IMG/VR virus record: IMGVR_UViG_3300037808_002146
Direction: 5' to 3' (one strand)
DNA length: 64,000 nt
Source of the DNA: a virus
Taxonomy: Duplodnaviria; Caudoviricetes
Positions 20,801-31,000 of this stretch are shown in pieces. Position 1 is the first letter of the stretch; each line of letters opens with the position of its first letter. Made by a program: the position numbers and the translations under genes. The notes under the pieces were generated by a model, which was not told the origin of the DNA, searched no databases, and saw nothing but the letters and a program-made list of their open reading frames with translations.

Positions 20801-21207
20801 GCTTCGTAATCTGGAGCAAAAGAAGGGGGAATTAGCTGCAATGAACCAGAAGTTATATTAATTGATTGGCTGTTTTTAAAAGGATAAGTTCCCGCTAAAG
20901 GATTATCAGATTCAGCTTCGTAATTGGATGGTAGCTTTATCTCAAAGCCATGCCTACCACTCGCAGTGTCTGTTCCAGCAATAAAACTTACTGGTAACCT
21001 TAAAAACTCTACAATGCCACCGCTATATTGCGTTGAGCCGGCACCACCGGTAACCTTATAAGGGAATGGGGAAACAATTCCAGGGGGTGGAGCTTCTCCA
21101 AATATTGTATTAGAACTTAATGTTACCCCTGTGGGAAGAGCTTCGTTATAAAGCTCTTTCTCATTGGACGTATGAGCTTTTCCGGAAAGCTTCTTTAACG
21201 AAATAAA
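14240..21207 (-). repeat. Paralogous ~200-aa N-terminal domain in two neighbouring genes (~14240-14858 and ~20530-21207)
   Basis: Long identical peptides (SLKKLSGKAHTSNEK, GTDTASGRH, NQSINITSGSLQLIP, IPVADARDWNLDYFNG, FQQDPPGTG); DNA differences are mostly synonymous. Confidence 0.92.
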
Positions 21208-21234
21208 TGTTTTCGAGAGATCACTGAGGGCCAT
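14908..21234 (-). CDS. 2108-aa tail-fibre-like protein with internal duplications
   Basis: Gly/Ala/Ser/Thr-rich. Contains the common phage fibre module QQSIKAYVDSVAAGLDPK...GSRVLIK...NGIYTV...VFVEQGTVNG...ITWSQFSG and repeated DSIAI.DA.D.SSKKESI units. Confidence 0.8.
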   Translation of the reverse strand: MALSDLSKTFISLKKLSGKAHTSNEKELYNEALPTGVTLSSNTIFGEAPPPGIVSPFPYKVTGGAGSTQYSGGIVEFLRLPVSFIAGTDTASGRHGFEIKLPSNYEAESDNPLAGTYPFKNSQSINITSGSLQLIPPSFAPDYEAKPYYGTIGSGSLIPVADARDWNLDYFNGILFQQDPPGTGAHAENPDYIEAYLYIGDFLDSIVSQTGDITGVTAGTGLSGGGGSGAVTLDLDVDGLSALGGTSLHQTQDHFIFSDNGTEKKITFSNLEDAIFGNVTGDATIAAGGALTIGGNAVEGSMINANAAGDGLVYASNALKVDLNELTAAAVDVANDSIAIIDATDNSSKKESIADVITAAAGAGLAATSGVLSVGVDDTGIEINSDALRLKDSGVTLTKMANLADMKVIGNVSGGAAGPAAIAILDEDNMASNSSTSLATQQSIKAYVDSVAAGLDPKDSVMAATVASFTMASTASGSTLVLADGEGGFNATADTLTIDAISVTAGSRVLIKDGVNSNSAGVHNKWNGIYTVGALNGATLTLTRADDADQGDITGGAHVFVEQGTVNGDTGYVCTNDGTITVGTTAITWSQFSGPGVFSAGDGLDLTGKVFSLDLKTSGGIKIDSTELAVEPANFAGTGLEDDGSDNLRISAAAAGSGLTGGGGSALAVDLNELSAADVDMANDSIAIVDATDNSSKKESIADIITATAGSGLVATAGVLSVDIDELSALGGTGLHQTQDHFIFSDNGTEKKITFSNLEDAIFGNITGDATIAAGGALTIGANAVEGSMINANAAGDGLAYASNALKLDLNELTAATVDMANDSIAIIDANDSNASKKESIVDIMSSAAGTGLGASAGVINVDYAGADSIIKAAADGTSGGGNITVASGDLVLVQDITDGNVKYVAASQLPGGSGSGNIGAAEDGDYTDGLFTDFTTSTAVGTPIDRFNEILKLLVPAPAPDLDDIDSNVDGVDVKLAFGTSNDQSAASPPYISVAASAGIAAAVDVNGDYATATSSNNLRVAVFNGSTDIIGDLNEDIAADVTSPSSRTNYPANSFGNAQLGSLILEVNGSTIHTVSLTSASTGTGSPGSGTDNEVDGDGSGFINISATSSGQFDNGTTFDNFKHRTGQFKVAAASQRNGWNYARVKHNNGSTTVTTNYIEWVNDNNSSALAAGSNSLAYAGVGTNRLSGITYNASGTGRYQVTVTNAYKYVYDSTATSFTTSNSGTTSGVSYAISSIAKASINTGGGESHTKQIVVDETDNITANYILGGSITAGVNVSHPIKSNLSNAGQASAAGILLYNVSESATVTSEPFVSETYRIISGSYANQSDAASGNAWNSATTMVGGDAGHNTGLQVYRERLYSPKNTLNTGDFRNSGDGGSLANGPAGNPNYSGISGTRVYYRKFQNAGSSVRDFSYTITGDATLVGAGDSVGTNKNFKLSFRMPSDGSGNVTGYLDAKNAFSFGTTTDGAGGAIGSVDTSTSMTNNISFGTVEVGTNEFIVARIEADSNWSGYLENFAVSFGAVGSVSASPAVGNIDSNQSGVNGKLSFGDTLTKSGYNNVETTAGSSEVNANGAYSLSGIRRGVFNGSTVISGEINETTNASGNAYPANAFGGGSANTGTLKLEVNGSVIHSVNLASFTSGNSLNSNGSGFSSLLAATAGLDSSSLPDFTKFYRTGGYQVGTADQRSGWNYARVIHTISATDHASTYVEWVNDDASRTIAFSGVSIDTFAETGSAYNLSGIKYFVSPTAKFKYRVADIYKHIYSTDADAIDYPVTTNSTITSIACAGGGIADGSVSSTSRSLPSLSTGVSGAYNLQLNVTGSFTFDQSSSLPGETAHIATLQGRINHPLAGDSSTSSTSTVQWLVFTDADNSTVLVENFKGESKRLQKANAGINNDYDSQSDVYTGGSFVYPWNSQTSLNGGTASHNTGLMIYNNKLVSPQKAGHASQLGDFRGTVDNGSSNIISPTGNPNYNSLSNATRDYVRYFQNNTGATKYNFSIVINGTGTIVNSSTSLSGNRFRVFIKLPQTSTSTSTGFLDLAVAFANGQYADNDGCFTGSFDSSLNATNTGTFGVQGVGDDDYVIIKIVADKTWTGNISSITFSWS
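18650..20530 (-). repeat. Intragenic ~140-aa direct repeat (~20110-20530 and ~18650-19070) with a third partial copy between them
   Basis: LHQTQDHFIFSDNGTEKKITFSNLEDAIFGN.TGDATIAAGGALTIG.NAVEGSMINANAAGDGL occurs twice, nearly identical in protein. Confidence 0.95.
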
Positions 21235-21238
21235 TTAG

Positions 21239-24200
21239 CTAACTCCAATTTAGACTTATAGAACTAACGTTACCAGACCATGTAGCGTCTGCTTCGATCT
21301 TAATTAGTATGTACTCACCGTTTGCAACTGTTTTTACGCCAAAAGATGCATTATTTGTTGCCGGCAAAGAACTATCAAAAGCTCCTATTAGACAACCACT
21401 ATTATTCGAATATTGCCCATTGGCAAATGGCAAGCTTAGATCCATCAACCCAGTCGATTGGCTGAGGCTGGTTTGAGGAATTTTAAAGAATACTTTTATC
21501 TTATTTCCGTTTAAGGCGCTGTTGTTAGAAATTATAGTACCGGTGCCGTTAATCGTAATAGAAAAATTAGATTTAGAACCACCAGTATTATTCGTAAAAT
21601 ATCGATAAAAAGTTCTTACTCCAGATGTTATGCCAGAGTAATCAACATTTCCAGCTGGGCTATTAGCCACTGAAGCAAAATTGCTGTTAAGGACGCCCGC
21701 CTTAGGTGCTATCAGTTTTTCATCATAAAACATTAACCCATTATTGCTAGATAAACTAGTAGAAGAATTCCAAGTGCCAGAATCTACGTCAGATTGGTTA
21801 TCGTAATCGCCAGAGACTAATCTATAATTTTCCCTTTTAAAAGTTTCGCTAGTTACGGTAGAGGTATTGTTTATATTGTATAACAATATACCATTTATAG
21901 CAGCAGAACCAACCCCTGAGAGGTTACTTTTAATCGGGTGAGTTACGTTAGTGGAAACTGTAATTCCTGAATTTAACATCTTATTAGAGTTTATAGTCGC
22001 TGATCTTGATATATTCAAAATTTTGCTAGTATCTTCACTGGCAAAGTTAATGCTGGGAATTGCTAAAGAAGATACAGCACAGTTAGTAGAACTAAAGGTT
22101 ATGTTGTTTGTTGGGTAAACGTTTTTGTATAAATTCGTAATGTTTATCCCGTATGTGGCTGTTCCCCCCGTATGATATTTTACACCTGAAAGTTGGGTTG
22201 CTCCGGACATTGATAAGTTTATTAATTGAGAACTGTTGTGACCTAAATTCGAAGAATCGCTGTCATTTACCCATTCAATATAATTAGTTGTTCTATCTAC
22301 ACCACTTATAGTTTGAACTACACGAGCATAGTTCCACCCTTGTCTTTGATCAGCGGAATTAACTTTGTAAGTTCCAGTCCTATGTTTAAACGTATCGAAG
22401 TTCGTCCCATCAGCAAAGTGCCCAGGCTGAGCAGCTATCAAATTAAAACCAGAGCCGTTAGAATTTACCGAATCTCCCGAAGAGAATGAAGAAACGTTTA
22501 CTGAATGTACTGGAGTAGAATTATTATTAACAAAAAGTTTCAAAGTACCTAGATTTCCATCAGAAAAAGCGTTTGCAGGATAATTTGGAGAGTCAGCAAC
22601 AATTCCAGAATTTAAAATACCATTAATTTCAGTAGTTCCATTAAAAACTCCCAATCTAGCATGATTTCCTGATGTTTCACTCGAATAAGCTTGATTAACA
22701 GCTATTGAAGAAAATGGGTTAGCCGGAGTTAGTCCGGAGGTAACTACATTCGAGTAACTTGGAGAAGAGATTGCATTCGACGCGTCGAACGATAGTTTTG
22801 CGCTGACTCCAGAATCAACTGAATTCATTTTTGACAATTGACTAGCTGGCGATGGAGCTAAACTTTTTAAAATCTCGTTGAAACGATCTACCGCGGTACC
22901 GATTGCGGTAGACGTTGTAAAGTCTTCGAATAATCCGTCGGTATAATCTCCGTCCTCAGCAGATCCTATAGCAACCCCTGAAAATGATAGTTGGCTCGGA
23001 TTAATATACTTCACAGTACCGTCCGTGTTATCCTGAATGAGTAGTAGGTCATTAGAAGAGTCTACTGTAACGCCAGTTCCGTCTGTTGCGGACTTAATTA
23101 TTGAATCATTTCCCGCATAATCTAGATTTAAGGTAACTTCGCTGGTTATACCACCGCCTAATATGCCTGTTCCGGCTGTAACTCGAGAAATACCACCGCC
23201 ACTTCCACCACCGGATGACAAAGAACTAATCACTACTTGCCCTAATGAAGATGTCGTAATCATAATGCCGGTACCGCCGACCATGTAGGGGCTTCCGTCG
23301 GTTAGCGTCTGTAAAGATCCAGAAACACCAGAGTTAAACTTTATATTCCCCGTAAATGTATTAGCTGTCGTAAGCTGCGGGATTACAGCGGTGTTTATAG
23401 CGATACTACTAGCTGATGAGCCATCATACGAAAAAGCAGATATGCCTGTACCATGCGATATTGCGCTTGGCACTTTTTGTACAAAAATGCCGGAACCCCC
23501 AGAACTTATTGTATCATTTGCTATTTTTACAGAAAATGTAGAAGCAGTAGCAGCATTTGGCGAAACGACGCTAATTGTATTACTACCTAGCGATAAGCTA
23601 GTTTTATCGACTAAGTCTGAAATAGCTCCAGCTGAGGTTTTTTTATTAGTTCCACTTTGATCTATCAAAACTAAATCTGATCTCGCTGGGGTGCCTGAAT
23701 TTAGGCCAGTGACGTTTACTGCCGCTGTAGCATTGATTGTTAATGTGCCATGCGTTGCGTTTTTGTTTATTGTGACGTTTGTTCCAGCTTGTACTAAGTC
23801 GTTGTTGTCTCCACCTTTTAAAACTTTAGTTTGTAAATCTCCACCAATAACTAAATTTCCGGAAAAAGTATTAGAAGCAGCCCCAAGCTGAGGGACTACT
23901 GCAGTATCTATCGATATGGTTGAATTAGAAGAGCCATTAAAATTTAAAGAAGATATTCCTGTAGAATGTGTCAATGACCCAGGCGTAGACGCAACGGATA
24001 TTCCAGATGCTCCAATAGATATTGTAGAACCGTTAGCTTTAACTTTTATAGTTTTTGCAGCGCTGTTATTGTATTCAGAACCAGCGCTAGTATATTCTAA
24101 ACCATCTCCAGTTGTTAGGGCGTTACTTAATTGAGACGGGCGTAGATTTGCTATTGTTATTTTTTTTACATTTCCGCTATCGGAAGCATCCCCAATTAAA

Positions 24201-24964
24201 ACTACATCGGTGTCTTGAGTAGTACTAATTTCCGTAGCTGCAGTGGGAGATATTATTAATTCGTTACCAACATTAAAATCTAGACCAGCGTTTGATGCAA
24301 AGTCAACCTCCATCGTTTTTGCAGCACTGTTATTATAGGTATCTCCAGATGTTGTGTAAGTTAAACCTTTTCCTGATGTCAATGCGTTATTTAGGCTAAC
24401 ACTAGCTTGCGCATTTGTGCTAATACTCGAAAAGTTAAATTTTTTCAGTGTATTGTCAGTTGCGTCTCTTAACACTAAAAAATCGCCAGCAGCTGGGGAG
24501 ACTTCGTTGAGAGAACTTATATCTACCTTTAAGCCTGATGCTGATACGTTTAGAGCAGAATCTGAAGCTAACGCAATTGATAGTGTTTTTGCGGCAGCAC
24601 CATTAAAAGTAGTTCCACTGTTCAGCTCTACCCCATTTCCAGTAGTAAGGCTATTAGTCGTTGCTCCGGAGAAAGCACCGCCAGCAGTCCCGATTGTTAT
24701 CGATCCATCTAGATTATTAGTTACTTGTAAGTTTTCTCCAGCACGAAGATAATCGGTACCATCAGGTAACTTTTGAAGCGATCCAGTTAAACCCTGCTTA
24801 ATAACCGCGCCACCAAAAACCGCGAGGTGCGAATTAAACTCTGGATCTTCTAGACCGATTTGAAAATGCTTTGGAACTACTGTTTTTTGCACGTTACTGT
24901 TAGCAGTACTCCTAACAACAATATACTCTGATTTTCTTAGTTCATCCCTATTATTCGTCGACAT
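21239..24964 (-). CDS. 1241-aa fibre-like protein; C-terminal half paralogous to the 2108-aa protein
   Basis: Internal LT.G.GL....YN.SAAKT repeats. Shares AEDGDYTDGLF.DFTTST...DRFNEILK, GWNYARV...EWVND and the terminal ...WS with 14908..21234. Confidence 0.8.
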   Translation of the reverse strand: MSTNNRDELRKSEYIVVRSTANSNVQKTVVPKHFQIGLEDPEFNSHLAVFGGAVIKQGLTGSLQKLPDGTDYLRAGENLQVTNNLDGSITIGTAGGAFSGATTNSLTTGNGVELNSGTTFNGAAAKTLSIALASDSALNVSASGLKVDISSLNEVSPAAGDFLVLRDATDNTLKKFNFSSISTNAQASVSLNNALTSGKGLTYTTSGDTYNNSAAKTMEVDFASNAGLDFNVGNELIISPTAATEISTTQDTDVVLIGDASDSGNVKKITIANLRPSQLSNALTTGDGLEYTSAGSEYNNSAAKTIKVKANGSTISIGASGISVASTPGSLTHSTGISSLNFNGSSNSTISIDTAVVPQLGAASNTFSGNLVIGGDLQTKVLKGGDNNDLVQAGTNVTINKNATHGTLTINATAAVNVTGLNSGTPARSDLVLIDQSGTNKKTSAGAISDLVDKTSLSLGSNTISVVSPNAATASTFSVKIANDTISSGGSGIFVQKVPSAISHGTGISAFSYDGSSASSIAINTAVIPQLTTANTFTGNIKFNSGVSGSLQTLTDGSPYMVGGTGIMITTSSLGQVVISSLSSGGGSGGGISRVTAGTGILGGGITSEVTLNLDYAGNDSIIKSATDGTGVTVDSSNDLLLIQDNTDGTVKYINPSQLSFSGVAIGSAEDGDYTDGLFEDFTTSTAIGTAVDRFNEILKSLAPSPASQLSKMNSVDSGVSAKLSFDASNAISSPSYSNVVTSGLTPANPFSSIAVNQAYSSETSGNHARLGVFNGTTEINGILNSGIVADSPNYPANAFSDGNLGTLKLFVNNNSTPVHSVNVSSFSSGDSVNSNGSGFNLIAAQPGHFADGTNFDTFKHRTGTYKVNSADQRQGWNYARVVQTISGVDRTTNYIEWVNDSDSSNLGHNSSQLINLSMSGATQLSGVKYHTGGTATYGINITNLYKNVYPTNNITFSSTNCAVSSLAIPSINFASEDTSKILNISRSATINSNKMLNSGITVSTNVTHPIKSNLSGVGSAAINGILLYNINNTSTVTSETFKRENYRLVSGDYDNQSDVDSGTWNSSTSLSSNNGLMFYDEKLIAPKAGVLNSNFASVANSPAGNVDYSGITSGVRTFYRYFTNNTGGSKSNFSITINGTGTIISNNSALNGNKIKVFFKIPQTSLSQSTGLMDLSLPFANGQYSNNSGCLIGAFDSSLPATNNASFGVKTVANGEYILIKIEADATWSGNVSSISLNWS

Positions 24965-24991
24965 ATATCACTATACCTATTTTACATGTAA

Positions 24992-24998
24992 TAACTAT
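24992..24998 (-). promoter_or_regulatory. Candidate late-promoter motif ATAGTTA
   Basis: ATA-N-TTA instance 27 nt upstream of the ATG at 24964. Confidence 0.45.
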
Positions 24999-25012
24999 TA
25001 GCTAATAAAGAT

Positions 25013-28000
25013 TTAGTTAAAATCATCGAAAACATCGTTTCCGTCAGAGTTAAAGACAGAAACTTGGTTGTTTACGATGTCTGCCTTTCTACGGACCCTT
25101 CCGCCCAAAGCTGATTCATGTAAGTTAGGATTGGGTGTATCGAAGAAAGGAACTCTGGATCTCTGATATCTATCTAGATTTTGAGAAAATAAAAATTTTA
25201 GTTTATCTTCTCCAGATTTTATCAAAGCCATACTTGCATCATAAAAAGATACTTCCACTGTGGGTACTCTGCGATCTGGTCCTACTTCGCTATATTCTAT
25301 AGAAGATAGATTAGCAAATACTCCCGACTTTCTGCCCTCTATTAAATCACAAAAATTGCCAAATTTGCTTCTGCTAAATATCACCTTTGGACGTAACATA
25401 TCGTAGTTCATCATCCCGTATTTTACCCCAGCTGGGTGAATTAATGTTTGGCGTGTATGTCGAGGGATAAGTTTTAATGTGCTTGTCCTAGAATCATCTA
25501 CATTTCCAAAAGGGATAGCACTAGTACCGGACAAAGATCCAAGGTTGATTGTTTCTAAATTGTTGTTAACTTCTTTGCCAAAACCAAATAGGATTGCCGC
25601 CGCTTGTCTATATGGCGAGTCGTTCACTTGATTAACACAATTCGTATATAATGAGGGGTAGTAGCTCTTGCTAGCTATATATACATTTTTAGTTTGTGCA
25701 TCATATCGTGCTGAAAATACGCCCGCTTTGCTTTTAACATTAGCTAACGCAGCCAGCAAGTGTGTTTTTTGGTCTGCTTTGCTTATATCATAAGTTACAG
25801 GAGCGCCACTGCCGCTAGTTAGAAGAAGTTCTCCTGACCCGTAATTTGGGCTTTGAAATATATTTAATACAGGCGAAAATTTAGAAAATCCGGCTGGCAT
25901 TGTAGATGGGGGTAAGTCTAAACCAAATGTTGCTTCTTTATCGTTTCGAAATAATAATTTAGAATCTGCTGGATCAAAGCCACCACTACCAAAAATATTA
26001 ACTTCCTTGCCATCTGAATCCCTGGTAGTCTTTTCGAAAATGAACCTTTTACGCCACTCGGTGAAATATCTGTCTTCAAACGCACTAATAGGTAACTGAG
26101 TTGTGCTCTCTAGGGAATCGCCAAATTCCGAAAACACCATTACTCGGCATGGATTTGAATTCGCTACCGTAGATGGTGTTATCCCGGAAGATTCAATAAA
26201 ACTACCCGAACTTATGAAAGAAACGTTAATATTCGTACCAGATATCCCTGTTATTTCAAATTTAATCCCGTCTCTTTCGGGATTTGAACCGGTAGAAAAA
26301 ATAACCTTTGCGCCAGTTTTAGCACCCATAAGGTTTATTGCGTTCGCTGTACCTACGTTTATAGTAGCCGTTTGATAAGTCAATAATTGGCTACCTGGAA
26401 ATGAAGAATTTAAGGTAGTTAGTGTATCGTTAAAAAATGTTGTTGTACCCTGTTGCGGAGATCCTATAAAAAGTGCAACGCCTGAATCATCTATTGGGTG
26501 ATTTGTTATTAAAGGCTTATTACTCCCGGAAGTTAAAAACTTGACTGGAATAATTTTTCTAGTCTTATGCTTCTTTTTAAAGTAGGGTGTAATATTCACA
26601 GGGAGGGAATCCCAATAAACTAAATCAACGTCATCTCCAGCAGATAGTGCTGTATACCTTTCGACTGAGCCAGTCGCGAATAGCTTTTTAGGACTACCAC
26701 CAATATCGTTAGTTCTTTCGCCAAAAGCAACATCAATTTTAGATAAATCTATATCGTTGTTACTATCTTTTCCAAAACTTATGCTGGTTTTAGATATTAT
26801 TTCAGAGCTCATAGAACCTGAAAACTCAGAATCAAGCGATAGATCAAATTTATCGTAATCTTCTTGGCCAATGACTTCGTAAACAACACCCGAAGTTGAA
26901 AAACTAGATTTATGCTTTGGGCGTTTAGGTACACTATTTTGTAAATACGAACCGTATAACACGAGCTTAGAGTTAGAATATGGAGCAAAAGTTGTTTCTA
27001 TACATTTACCAGTGTCGATAGCTCGAGACCTTACATATTTGGGAGGGTAGTAGTAACCCCCGCTGCTGTAAATTGCTGCTGTAAAATCTACTGGGTTAGC
27101 TAGGTCGCCGTCGGTGTATAGCTCGAAAGTTCTATTCGATAAAACACGAACTCGGAAGTAAACATCGTTTAGCGCTGTCCCCGCATTTCCGGTTGCTACA
27201 TCTTTAATTTGAATCTGATTGCCATCTCGTAGTTCATGATATGTAGCAGTTGTTACTACTGGAGGTTTAGCAGTAGTTACCCCCGTAATAAAAACTTGAG
27301 CTGTATTTACTGTTTGCAAATTTCCTTGATCATCTAGCTCGGGTGGAGTTGAGCCTCCTCCAAGATTAGCAAAAGATGTAAAACCAGAATGAAATCCAGG
27401 TACCGCTGTTTGAAAACCTAAAGTTATTTTATCACTTGGTTTTAATACATACGCATTTCCAACTTCAAAATTCTTTCCAGTTGATATGGAATCAGCAAAA
27501 GTCGAATCGAAACTTTGCTTTAGTGGATCCATTCTGTCAAAATCATCCAAATAAAATGGCATTTGGTTTATTTTAAAATTTATTCCGCTAGGTTCGTCTC
27601 CAGTGACTGCCCTCAATGCTCTTGTTCCTCCGACACCGTCGTGATCGAACCCGCCAAGAAAAGCACCTTGTGGAGATACAGAAACAAATTTTGGTAGTGT
27701 TTGACTCGAAGGATTATTATATTGATCCAATACAGCTAGTCGGTAAGAGAAATACGTATCAAGTTTAGGAGTGGATTTACATACCGCTTTTATTCTTAAA
27801 ACTCCATCATGAAGATTGTAAGACGACGTCAAGTGAGTGAATTTTTGCCTGTATTTTTCATTTATTTCATTATTTTCAAACCTGATTTGAGATAGAAAAG
27901 TAGGAGATTTAGTTGCAGTTGTATCATCGGTATCGGTAACAACCAATGTTAAACCATCATCGCCGACAATATCAACGTTTCGTTTTGTTGCGTGGCCTGC

Positions 28001-31000
28001 AGAGGGAATAAATTTTGGTATAGAAAACTTAAGACCTCTAACTTCGTTTCCAGATACAGTTGTTGTATGAGATAAGTCTAAATGAGGATTCAAATGCGCT
28101 TGAGTGCCTATTTTAATATTAAGTTCTCTGCCTAGACCATTTTCCAAAAGGTTAAACCCATTAGAACCGGTTGATTCAAAACTCCCAAATCGAGTTTGAT
28201 GAGGGTGCTCCATAGTTTGTTTATTAGAACCTGATACTGCGCTTGTGTGATCAGTTCCACGATAAAACATATAAGCTGGATCATTCACGAAGTAATAATG
28301 TGCCATACTGCCGTCGTTGAAGCCGGTGCCTGAAACTGAGTCCGAGTTTTGGTTAGCATACCCGTGATAAGCAACTTGCGCATAACTAATTAACTCCCTA
28401 GTAGTAGAAGTAATTTGGCAACTTTGAGTCGTCATATTGAAACCAGATGTCACACCATTTATAGTGACAGGCCGTTCAATGCTAGCGCCTTCATAAACTA
28501 AGCTTTCTGGCGTTGCTCCGGACGGGGTATTACTAAACTCTACCGGGACGGTTCCTAAATCATCAGTGAAATATTTTATCTTACCCGAAAGTTTCCAAGA
28601 TCCTCCGGCACCAGCAGGCCTGTAGTGCGAAGAGTATCTGCTCCCGGAGTTAAAAGCTATTGATGCTGATGTGTTTAAAACTCCTCCATCGAAATCATCT
28701 GAAACTGCATTATTGATAGATAACTCCATAGTAGCATCGGTACCAGCTGGAGGCTTCATGGTAATCCCGGATAAATATCCAGCTGCGGATGCGGCACCAA
28801 TAATTTCGTAAATAAAAGCTGCGATTAAATATGTGACTGGATAAGTTGTCCAGTTGGTCCAGGCTAGATCGATAGCGTATCTAATACTTCCGTCTCTTTT
28901 TTGAGCCTCTGTAAAGCTTCCAAGATTTTGAAGAATTGGTGAAGATGTTCCAGTTACAGAAGATGCAATATAGATTCTAATTCTTTTTGGGTTAACTTCT
29001 CTCAGCTTTGTGTTAGTAGTACCGGAGACAGTCCCTGTCGAAGTGCATGTTATTATGTCTCCTACATCATAACTAGTGCTCACAGCATTAAATCCAGCAT
29101 TTAAATTCTCGCCGGCGTCATTAATAACTTCGTACTTAACCCCATCGATTACAGAGGTTACTGCTGGATTTATAACAGGAGCGTGCGAAACTATCTCTAC
29201 CCATTTAGGAGTAGTAGTGATGACCAATGTTGAGGCTATAGTTCCCAGGGGCGATTGGTCCCGGGCTTCTCCCGTGATATACTCATGCCAAGAAATGTTT
29301 CCGGTAGCTGCGTCTTTTATTTCGGGCCAGTTTGCTGGATCAGTCTGATAATCAGTACCAAAAATATTTATAATCAGTTTTGAATCTTCATGAAACCCAA
29401 AATACATTTTACCACCGACAACAGTTGATGTTGTTTCTAAACCAGAAGATTTTATTGCTTTTGGAATCGCTGCTTCGAAAGTTGTATCGACGCATTGCTT
29501 TTCACGTAACAAAAAGAAAGTATCACACCTCCACCACGCCGAGCCCTCTACAGTATTCGTTTTTCCTGTTGTTGAGTTTATATAGTCGTTAACTTGACCC
29601 TCTCTGGCATATACATTGCCACCAACGCGGTGGTAAGCTCCCTCTTTCTTTATCTTCTCTTTAGTAAAAGTAGACTTTCCACGTAGACGATGGTATGCAG
29701 ATCCTGTACCTACTAGATAATATGAATTACTCGATGAATTAGATAAGGCTGACCATATTACGCCGGTGGATGTCCACGGGTAGTACCGGTCATATATCCT
29801 CTGCGCTTCAAGATTTCTAAACCTGTCATCGTATAGTCCAAAATACCCACCGAAAGCACTTTTATCATCGTAAACTTCTTTCTGCTTTGAAAAAGAAGTG
29901 GAGTTGGAGTTGGATTGGCCGTAATTAGAGTCTGGCAAATCAATCGCGGATTCTGGGAGTAATCTTCCCATTCCCTCTTGCACTTCATCTCTAATTGATG
30001 AGCTGCAAATTATTTCAAATTTCTCAAGTAAGAATGGACCGTCTAAATAACTAGAAAGGTCTAGTTTTTGACCGTCAGTAGGTTTAAAGGTATCGGAGAA
30101 TGGAAAACCAAAGTTAGATACCGGCCGACCTCTCAGGGGCAATTCTGCATAGTGCAGCTTGCTATATTCCGAGCCTTTGTTTGGATCATTTTCCTCTGTT
30201 AAGATGCCACCGACGAAAGAAGTGTATTTGCCATTCCATGAATCATTAGCCGAATTAGAGAAGCCTTTACTTTCAGTGATTTCAACGTTAGATGTCGTTG
30301 TATATACACCATGGTCGTATATAGCTACCCTGTCTCCATAGGGCCGAAATTCTAAAACATCGCTCCCAACTGGACTGCTGTGCTGAATATTGGGGTTTTT
30401 TCCTAATTCGGTGTTAAGAGCTATTATTGTATCTGATAGCGATGACCTTATCGGTACCGGACTACCAAAAGACCCTTCGGTTAAGGTGTATTTGAAATTG
30501 TAGATTATTATACTATCGCCGGCGATTGCTGATACTAATTTTCTGACACGCAAATAAGAACCGCCTACAGGCATATCAGTAACGTTAATACGAAATTTTG
30601 TTAATGTTGCTGTATTGCTAGTATTATCATCATCGGCTGGTAAATCGCCGCCGTTTATTCGGCCGGCACCAGAATCGGTGGTTGAAACGTAAGCGCCTCC
30701 GTTATTAATAGATTTTTCAAATCTTTTATTTACGGTGTAAACAGTAGTACTGAAATTGCTAGTAGAACAATACTCAAGAACTAAGTCATCGGTGGTATCT
30801 GATGTTGATGCATCGAAAGTTCCTCCGATGATATCTTCTCGAGTTGCCCAAAACTCGATTGTTATAGTACAACCATATGGGATTTTATCGCTAATTCGAA
30901 TTTCACCCCTGTTACCAGAACCATCAAATCCGCCTAAGCTTATTACATGCTTCGTGCCTGAACCGAGATCATTTCCGGAACCTAGGTTTACAGCGCATGC

